NCBI GenBank assembly: GCA_046582495.1
Contig: JAYGEG010000160.1
Location: 11,553-75,552 of the forward strand
Direction: 5' to 3'
Length of the DNA stretch: 64,000 nt
Source of the DNA: Rhodospirillales bacterium
GTDB lineage: Bacteria; Pseudomonadota; Alphaproteobacteria; Rhodospirillales; UBA2165
The position numbers were made by a program, and so were the translations under genes. How positions within the stretch are numbered: position 1 is the stretch's first letter; each line of letters opens with the position of its first letter. Positions 57,363 through 64,000 of the stretch are shown piece by piece. A model generated the notes under the pieces. The model was not told the origin of the DNA. It worked only from the letters and a program-made list of their open reading frames with translations, and did not search any database.

Positions 57363-58589
57363 ATGAGCCTATGGTGTGTGCGCCACCCTCGCCGTGAAGG
57401 ATGGCAATCGAACGCGAAAGAGAGCGATGGTGGCGCGAAATTGAAATGCCCTGCGCTGTTTCTGCGCGCGGGTATGGGTGCATTCATTGCCGCATTTTTG
57501 GTGCCCACCTTAGCGTTCGATGTAAAATCTCAGGCAATTGATGCTTTTACGGTGGCTGATATCCATGTCGACGTAACAGCTAAGACCGCGGCCGCGGCGC
57601 GCAAGTTGGCATTGCCGGATGGCGAAAAGCGCGCTTTTGAATTTCTCCTAAAACGCCTCACCATGCGAATCGACCACAAACGCTTGCCAGTTCTCCCGGC
57701 TAAAGAGATATCAAGCTATGTGCAAGATTTTGGCGTTAAAAACGAAAAAAATTCACAAGTTCGCTATCTCGCCGATCTATCCTACCGATTTAAACCTCGC
57801 GACATTCGTTTTCTGCTCCGCGATAGCGACATTCAATTTGCCGAAACAATAAGCAAACCGATTTTGGTGTTACCTGTTTATCAAGTTGCCGGCGCAGCCT
57901 CGCTTTGGGATGATCCCAACCCGTGGCGCCAAGCTTGGATAAATCGGCCTATAGTCGATGGTTTGGTGCCGATGATATTTGCTGCTGGAGATCTCGCCGA
58001 CATAGCGATGATTGGCGCGGAGCTTGCCGTCAAAGGCGATGAGCAACGATTGGCAGCTATTGCGAGGCGCTACCAAGTTGCAACCACTTTGGTCGTGCTG
58101 GGTACATTGAGTTCGACCAAGCGAGGTCGACCTGTGCTTAAAGTTGCTATTTTTCGGTATGGAAAGAACGAAAGCCGGGAAGCTTTTTCAGCTGAAATTG
58201 ACACCACTCCAGGAGAGGGTATTGATGGTCTGTTAAAACGCGCTGCGATCGAAATCGGGGCACAGATTGAAGACAAATGGAAATCTGACAATTTATTGAA
58301 ATTTGAGCGTCTGGGGGTTGTTGCTGTAACGTTGCCTATCAAAAGTCTCGGAGAATGGGTTGATGCAAAACGGCGCCTGGCTCGCGTCGCAGTTATTGAA
58401 AATGCAGAGCTGGTTTTACTGTCGCGTAGCGAAGTGCGTATAAATATTCATTTTATTGGTGAAGCAGGGCAGTTAAAATTGGCCTTAGCACAGTCGGATA
58501 TGGTGCTGACGGAAGAGCAGGGAAGTTGGATTGTAAAACTCCAACCCCGGGTTAAATCTGGGGCAACAAAACGTGTGAAAAACAAATGA
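57363..58589 (+). CDS. Hypothetical exported protein (DUF2066-like)
   Basis: 408 aa in the track. The likely start is the ATG at 57474 (MGAFIAAFLVPTLAF..., a signal-like sequence). It is the first gene of a four-gene overlapping operon. The family name is recalled from alphaproteobacterial synteny, not searched. Confidence 0.5.
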   Translation: MSLWCVRHPRREGWQSNAKESDGGAKLKCPALFLRAGMGAFIAAFLVPTLAFDVKSQAIDAFTVADIHVDVTAKTAAAARKLALPDGEKRAFEFLLKRLTMRIDHKRLPVLPAKEISSYVQDFGVKNEKNSQVRYLADLSYRFKPRDIRFLLRDSDIQFAETISKPILVLPVYQVAGAASLWDDPNPWRQAWINRPIVDGLVPMIFAAGDLADIAMIGAELAVKGDEQRLAAIARRYQVATTLVVLGTLSSTKRGRPVLKVAIFRYGKNESREAFSAEIDTTPGEGIDGLLKRAAIEIGAQIEDKWKSDNLLKFERLGVVAVTLPIKSLGEWVDAKRRLARVAVIENAELVLLSRSEVRINIHFIGEAGQLKLALAQSDMVLTEEQGSWIVKLQPRVKSGATKRVKNK

Positions 58590-59152
58590 GTAAAGAAGAC
58601 ATACGCATAAATATTCCGAATTTAATAAGCCTTGCAAGATTGCTGTGTGTGCCGCTGACTGTGTGGCTCATTTTGAACAATCAGGTTTTGTATGCTTTTT
58701 GGGTATTTGTGTTTGCCGGCATTAGTGATGCACTAGACGGCTTTATCGCCAAACGATTTAAATTGCAGACCGAACTTGGTGCCTATCTAGACCCGATCGC
58801 CGACAAAGCTTTGCTCGTCAGCATTTTTGTAACTTTGGGTCAAGTCGGGTATCTGGATTCCTGGTTGGTCTTGTTGGTGGTGTTTCGCGATGGGCTGGTA
58901 TTGTGTGGTGCCATTCTTTATCACGTTATTTATCAAAACCTCACCATGCAGCCACTATTGATTAGTAAATTAAATACCACCGCTCAATTTGCGCTGGCGA
59001 CGGCGGTTCTCGGATTGACGGGATACTCGATCGCCGACGGTTTGTTGATTGAAACTTTGGTCTATACTGTGGCTGCGACAACGGTTCTTTCAGGCGCCGC
59101 CTATGTTGGCATCTGGGGAATACGTGCAGCGACTATGGAGCCGGGAGAGTGA
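58586..59152 (+). CDS. CDP-alcohol phosphatidyltransferase family protein
   Basis: 188 aa with the signature DALDGFIAKRF...GAYLDPIADK (D-x2-DG-x2-AR...G-x3-D-x3-D). ATGA overlap with the upstream gene. Confidence 0.88.
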   Translation: MSKEDIRINIPNLISLARLLCVPLTVWLILNNQVLYAFWVFVFAGISDALDGFIAKRFKLQTELGAYLDPIADKALLVSIFVTLGQVGYLDSWLVLLVVFRDGLVLCGAILYHVIYQNLTMQPLLISKLNTTAQFALATAVLGLTGYSIADGLLIETLVYTVAATTVLSGAAYVGIWGIRAATMEPGE

Positions 59153-60246
59153 CTATGGGGATTACCCGAGAGCGACAATTTTGGATTTGGTTGGTGGTCG
59201 TCGTTGTCGCGATTTCTTTTATAGTATTTGTCAGCAGCGTGCTGCTGCCCTTTGTTGCCGGTATGGCTGTTGCGTATTTTCTCGATCCGCTGGCTGATAA
59301 GCTGGAAGAGTGGGGGCTCTCCAGGACGCTCGCGACGACAATCATAACCGTTTTCTTTTTTGCCGCCGTCATTGCGGCACTGATTTTAATCTTTCCGCTC
59401 CTCCAAGGTCAGGTCATTGGATTTTTCCAAAAAATACCGACCTTTATTGAAAATTTTGAGGTCTGGATTGCACCGTTGAAGGAAACACTCTCGGAGCGTA
59501 TTCCATCAGAGAAACTTCAAGAACTGTCTGAAGCTTCAAAATCCTATGGCGGCGCTATCGTCAAATGGTTGGCGGGGCTTCTACAGGGTATTTGGCAGGG
59601 CGGCCTGGCGCTTTTCAATGCGCTTTCCCTCATTTTGATTACGCCGGTTGTGAGTTTCTACCTTCTCAGAGATTGGGATAAAATCGTCTCCAAAGTCGAT
59701 AGCTGGCTGCCTCGTGAGTTTGCACCTTCAATTCGCACAGTCGTTAAGGATATAGACGTAACCATTGCCGGTTTTGTGCGTGGGCAGGGAACGGTGTGTT
59801 TGTTTTTGGCGGTGTTTTACGGCATTGGCCTGACCATCGTCGGTCTGGATTTTGGACTTATGGTTGGCATCACAACCGGGCTGATATCCTTCATTCCTTA
59901 TTTTGGCATGCTGGTGGGTATGGTGACGGCATTGGCCATCGCAGTTGCTCAATTTGGTGAATTGGTGCCGGTTGTATTGGTGCTGATTGTTTTTGGTGCC
60001 GGCCAAATTATTGAATCGATGTTCCTAACGCCAAAATTGGTCGGCGAGAAAGTTGGCCTCCACGCCGTCTGGGTGATCTTTGCCCTAATGGTTGGCGGTG
60101 CGACTGTCGGCTTTACCGGCGTTCTCTTGGCTGTGCCTGTCGCTGCAACAATCGGTGTGCTGGTGCGCTTTTTCCTAGCTCAGTATCTGGCCAGCCCGCT
60201 TTACTCCGGCAACACTGATTCTTCCGACAGCGATGGCCCGTCTTGA
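59149..60246 (+). CDS. AI-2E family transporter (PerM/YhhT-like)
   Basis: 365 aa with about 8 TM segments and a family-typical C-terminal half (ISFIPYFG..., IESMFLTPKLVG). GTGA overlap with the upstream gene. Confidence 0.8.
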   Translation: MTMGITRERQFWIWLVVVVVAISFIVFVSSVLLPFVAGMAVAYFLDPLADKLEEWGLSRTLATTIITVFFFAAVIAALILIFPLLQGQVIGFFQKIPTFIENFEVWIAPLKETLSERIPSEKLQELSEASKSYGGAIVKWLAGLLQGIWQGGLALFNALSLILITPVVSFYLLRDWDKIVSKVDSWLPREFAPSIRTVVKDIDVTIAGFVRGQGTVCLFLAVFYGIGLTIVGLDFGLMVGITTGLISFIPYFGMLVGMVTALAIAVAQFGELVPVVLVLIVFGAGQIIESMFLTPKLVGEKVGLHAVWVIFALMVGGATVGFTGVLLAVPVAATIGVLVRFFLAQYLASPLYSGNTDSSDSDGPS

Positions 60247-60911
60247 ATTCTGCCGAGCAGCTTCCTTTTGAATTTGAACACCGGCCATCTTTAAGCGGTG
60301 ATGATTTTTTGGTTGCACCCTGCAATCAGGTGGCTGTTGCCTGGCTCGATAAATGGCCCGATTGGTCATCGCCATTTTTAATAATTTATGGCCCACCCGG
60401 CTGCGGCAAATCGCACCTTAGCCATGTATTTATGGCCAAAAGTGGTGCTATGGCGTTGACATCTGCCTTGATCGAGGATGCCGGCTTGGCCAATATAATT
60501 TCCTCTGCACAAAACTTTGTCGTTGATGATGGTGATCAAGATTTCGACGAAGAAGCATTGTTTCATATCTACAATGACCTTGCCTCGCGCGATGGTCATA
60601 TGTTGATCACATCAACTGTTTCGCCGGTTGAGTGGCCGATAAAATTGGCTGATCTTGCCTCGCGCGTTAAGGCTGCACCAGCGGCTGAAATCAGGCAGCC
60701 AGAAGATGATCTGATTAAAGCTGTGATGGTGAAATTATTTTCTGATCGGCAGGTGCGGGTCGAAAGCGGTGTCATTGATTACGTCTCCAAACGCATGGAG
60801 CGCTCGTTAGATGCTGCTCGGCAATTTGTTGAAGCTGCGGATAAGGCGGCGTTGGTTGAAAAGAAAGCGATAACGCTGGCAATCGCTCGGCGTGTTTTGG
60901 CAGAAGCCTAG
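60243..60911 (+). CDS. hdaA: DnaA regulatory inactivator HdaA (Hda homologue)
   Basis: 222 aa. The N-terminal QLPFEF clamp-binding-like motif, Walker A GPPGCGKSH and DnaA-domain-III-like sequence are present. TTGA overlap with the upstream gene. Confidence 0.85.
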   Translation: MNSAEQLPFEFEHRPSLSGDDFLVAPCNQVAVAWLDKWPDWSSPFLIIYGPPGCGKSHLSHVFMAKSGAMALTSALIEDAGLANIISSAQNFVVDDGDQDFDEEALFHIYNDLASRDGHMLITSTVSPVEWPIKLADLASRVKAAPAAEIRQPEDDLIKAVMVKLFSDRQVRVESGVIDYVSKRMERSLDAARQFVEAADKAALVEKKAITLAIARRVLAEA

Positions 60912-60921
60912 CCGGGATATA

Positions 60922-62574
60922 TTATTTCCGTTGCGGGGCGCTTGGATAGGCTAAGACCGTTGATCGATCCCAGACAGCGATATATTTACCGCGATATTTT
61001 TGGACAAAATCCGGTTTGGGCCCTGGGCCAGACTTTCTATGGATATCGGTATTTGTCAACTCGTGAACCGCGACGACTTTGGCTTGAGGTGTCACAGCCA
61101 GCCATTCCAATACTTCATGGTCGCCAGTGATTTTAATCGGATTTTTCAAGCGCCCTAAAAACTGGAACTGACCGTGATATTTGCCGTAACTGCCAATGGC
61201 GTATCCTTTGCGTTGTGCCTCAGCGATATAATTGGCAATAGGTCTTAAGTCATACCCTGTATCCAAAATTGGCCGTGCGATTCCATGCACCGAGATGACG
61301 ACAATGGCGCTGCTTGCAGCGATGGCAAACAGGCGTTGGTAACCTTCCTGCGGTGGTTTGAAAATGAGGAACGCTCCCAGTCCAACAAGCGGCAATGCCC
61401 AGAGGCGGTTTATCTCTGCCGTCCAACTAGGCTTGTTGAGGGCTGCGCCAATCTCCGGCGCGGCACCGGCAGCGAATCCCAAAAGGATCAAAAAAAGAGT
61501 TGGCGGCAGCATGTCCCAGCGACCTTTCAGAAAATCTTCTTTTGCAAGGCCGGCGATGAGGATGGCACCGCCAAATGCCAGGGCGGGGAACATGGGCAAC
61601 AGATAATGCGGACGTTTTCCGCTGATTGCCGATAAGATCAACACGGTGGCGACGGCCCAAACCATAATTAGGCGCAATCCAGGATCAGGGTCATTTTGGT
61701 TGCGAGTGCGAATATTTTGCCACAATTTACGCAATAGGCTCGGCCACAGTAGCCATGGCAATAACAAGCCGGGGATGATTGCGAGATACCACCAAAATGG
61801 CTCGCGATGGGCAAAGGAGCTCACGACGCGGCCGGCAGATTGACCCCAAAAAATTGCGTTACGATATTCTTCGCCGCCGGCAAATCCGGCTGGGATGGCC
61901 CAAGCGAGCGCAATGCCTGCGCCTAATAGAACACCAGCTAATATACCCAAATACCACAGGCCCCAATTTGGCCTTCTGACGTTTGCTGCCCAATAGGGTG
62001 CCAGCAAAGCTGTTGGTAATAGGTAAACCAGAATGACCGGGCCTTTGCTCAACACGCCAAATCCAATTGCAATGGCGAACAATATCCAGCCCTTCATTCT
62101 GTGGCCCTGCCAGACTTCAATGAGACCATTGATGCCGACCAAAGTCCAAAAGGCGACCAGCAGATCAAACATTGTGAGAGTGGTGTAGATGCCCCAGTAG
62201 AAGGTACCTAGAAGCAGAACAGGAACAATGATATAGGCTTGGCTGCTCGGCCAGAGACGGCGGCAGGTGACGGCGCTTAGTCCAAGGCTGGCGAGCCCAA
62301 ACAGCGGTGCGACGAGCCTCGGCCACCAGTCATTTACCCCAAATATGCCCCAGCCTGCGTTGATAAGCCAAAATAATAAAGGTGGTTTGTGGCTATAGGT
62401 TGCGCCGTTGAGGTGAGGGACTAAAAAGTCCCCACGCAACCACATTTCCCAGGCGACGGTGATGTAGCGGGTTTCGTCTACGGGCATTAGCGGGCGGAAA
62501 GATAACCCAGCGGCCACAAGGGCGGCCCAAGTAATTCCCCATACCCAAGGCTTAAGGCGTGAATAATCTGGCAT
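60922..62574 (-). CDS. Glycosyltransferase family 39 (ArnT/PMT-like) membrane protein
   Basis: 550 aa with a polytopic N-terminal two thirds carrying the GT39-type motif (DETRYITVAWEM...HKPPLLFW) and a soluble C-terminal domain. Confidence 0.8.
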   Translation of the reverse strand: MPDYSRLKPWVWGITWAALVAAGLSFRPLMPVDETRYITVAWEMWLRGDFLVPHLNGATYSHKPPLLFWLINAGWGIFGVNDWWPRLVAPLFGLASLGLSAVTCRRLWPSSQAYIIVPVLLLGTFYWGIYTTLTMFDLLVAFWTLVGINGLIEVWQGHRMKGWILFAIAIGFGVLSKGPVILVYLLPTALLAPYWAANVRRPNWGLWYLGILAGVLLGAGIALAWAIPAGFAGGEEYRNAIFWGQSAGRVVSSFAHREPFWWYLAIIPGLLLPWLLWPSLLRKLWQNIRTRNQNDPDPGLRLIMVWAVATVLILSAISGKRPHYLLPMFPALAFGGAILIAGLAKEDFLKGRWDMLPPTLFLILLGFAAGAAPEIGAALNKPSWTAEINRLWALPLVGLGAFLIFKPPQEGYQRLFAIAASSAIVVISVHGIARPILDTGYDLRPIANYIAEAQRKGYAIGSYGKYHGQFQFLGRLKNPIKITGDHEVLEWLAVTPQAKVVAVHELTNTDIHRKSGPGPKPDFVQKYRGKYIAVWDRSTVLAYPSAPQRK

Positions 62575-62586
62575 CGTTTGCCTAAG

Positions 62587-64000
62587 TCAATTCCGTTGTT
62601 TTTTTCTTTTTTTCTTTTTAGGTTTCTCTAGCTTGGCGATATACGCCGTTGCGTCTTTAACAGTTAAAGGTTTAGAGAAATAATAGCCTTGAGCAAAGTC
62701 ACAATTGAGTTTTCCAAGTTGGATAAGATCGGCCTTTGATTCAACACCTTCTGCAACGGTGCTGAGATTTAAATTGTGGGCCAGGGCAATAATGGTTCGA
62801 ACGATTTCCATATTTTCTTGCGATTCGCCCATTGAGATAATGAAGGATCGGTCAACCTTTAGGGCATCGATTGGAAAACGATGGAGATGGCTCAAAGATG
62901 AATAGCCTGTACCAAAATCGTCGACATGAAGCTGAATACCCATTTTACGGAGTTGTTTTAGACGGTTGGTAACCTCGTGCGGATTTTCCATAATCGCACT
63001 TTCGGTAATCTCTACTTTCAGATGTTTACCTTCTAATCCGGTATTGGAAAGGATATCGCCTATATCGTCGATTAATTTATTGTCTTTAAATTGTTCGGGC
63101 GAAATATTGACGCTGACAGCAATATTGAGATCAGGAAACTTCGCCAGCCATTTGCTCATTTGGCGACAGGCTTCCATCAGCACCCAACGACCAATGGGTA
63201 TGATTAGTTTCGTTTCTTCGGCGATGGGAATAAAATCCCCAGGTGGGATGAAGCCTTGGTCTTTATGGTTCCAGCGGATCAACGCTTCAAATCCCGCCAG
63301 TTTTTCGGTTTTTATATCAACGACCGGCTGATAAGCGAGTGTGAAATGTTTTTTCTCCAAAGCTTCCCGGAGATTGGTTTCCAATTCCATTTGAGTGACG
63401 GCTCGGACATGCATTCCTTTTTCAAAAACCACGTGCCGCGCCCGTCCTTCGGATTTGGCTTGATACATAGCAATATCTGCATCACGGATCATTTCTTCAG
63501 GATGACCGTATCCGAGCGAGCTAAACGCAATCCCAATACTCGCATTTGATACAATCTCGCGTCCAGATAGAGCGAATGGCTGTCCGAGTGAATGATTAAT
63601 ACGTCGGGCTACCTCTTCAGCTGTATTTTCAGAATCAAGGTCATCGAGTAAAATTGCAAACTCGTCGCCGCCAAGTCTGGCCACGGTATCAACGTCACGG
63701 GTGCATTCTTTGAGACGTTGGCTAATTTCAATCAAGATTTGGTCGCCATAGGAATGACCGAGACTATCGTTAATCAATTTAAAACGATCAAAGTCTAAAA
63801 ACATGACAGCAAATAGATGCTTGGTATTTCGAGTGGAGCGCGAAAGCGCTTGAACAAGGCGATCAGTAAACAGAGCTCGATTCGGTAAATTTGTGAGCGT
63901 GTCGTGCAGTGCGTCTTTAAGCAATTGATGTTCGGCGCGTTTGGTTTCGCTGATGTCGCTTAGCGAGCCTGCAATCCGCGTTGCTTTGCCGTCTTCATTT
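62587..64000 (-). CDS. GGDEF-EAL (diguanylate cyclase/phosphodiesterase) signalling protein, 5' part beyond window end
   Basis: GGDEF motif RLGGDEFAIL and EAL-domain motifs FEALIRW, DDFGTGYSSL and EGVE. The frame stays open upstream of the track start to nt 64000 (…EDGKATRIAGSLSDISETKRAEHQLLKDAL…), consistent with an upstream PAS-type sensor domain. Confidence 0.9.
   Translation of the reverse strand, partial: NEDGKATRIAGSLSDISETKRAEHQLLKDALHDTLTNLPNRALFTDRLVQALSRSTRNTKHLFAVMFLDFDRFKLINDSLGHSYGDQILIEISQRLKECTRDVDTVARLGGDEFAILLDDLDSENTAEEVARRINHSLGQPFALSGREIVSNASIGIAFSSLGYGHPEEMIRDADIAMYQAKSEGRARHVVFEKGMHVRAVTQMELETNLREALEKKHFTLAYQPVVDIKTEKLAGFEALIRWNHKDQGFIPPGDFIPIAEETKLIIPIGRWVLMEACRQMSKWLAKFPDLNIAVSVNISPEQFKDNKLIDDIGDILSNTGLEGKHLKVEITESAIMENPHEVTNRLKQLRKMGIQLHVDDFGTGYSSLSHLHRFPIDALKVDRSFIISMGESQENMEIVRTIIALAHNLNLSTVAEGVESKADLIQLGKLNCDFAQGYYFSKPLTVKDATAYIAKLEKPKKKKRKKQRN

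Overview
This is a 64-kb, gene-dense chromosomal window that looks alphaproteobacterial. The evidence is gene content and synteny: hdaA, the rpsF-rpsR-membrane protein-rplI block, the lptF-lptG-lptD-surA-pdxA-rsmA block, fabD-fabG-acpP-fabF-mltG and purM-purN. I found about 60 protein genes and no rRNA, tRNA, CRISPR array, transposase or integrase.

Most of the window is core housekeeping:
- Replication and repair: dnaB, radA, holC, hdaA.
- Ribosomal proteins S6, S18 and L9.
- Fatty-acid synthesis.
- LPS transport.
- Purine synthesis: purF (partial), purM, purN.
- ndk, gmk, alr, pepA.

The accessory or unusual content is:
1. An ~11.3-kb block (29.6-40.9 kb) lies between lptF and pepA, which are normally divergent neighbours. 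It carries a function-unknown AmmeMemoRadiSam system: a fused Memo-like/AMMECR1 protein divergent from its radical-SAM partner. The two genes are separated by an AT-rich lipoprotein gene that has one in-frame TAG.
2. A strongly structured candidate sRNA of ~175 nt sits at the left edge of that block. It has CUCCC/CCUCCC anti-Shine-Dalgarno-like motifs and a canonical intrinsic terminator.
3. A CoxMNOP-like alternative heme-copper oxidase operon has two subunit-III paralogues and a divergent DUF2189 membrane gene.
4. An aldehyde dehydrogenase plus ThDP-enzyme pair is inserted into the ribosomal-protein block.
5. There is a small family of REP-like palindromic elements.
6. purM encodes its conserved N-terminus upstream of any canonical start codon.

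Everything is based on reading the sequence and the supplied ORF translations. No database search was run, and all family assignments are motif or recall based.
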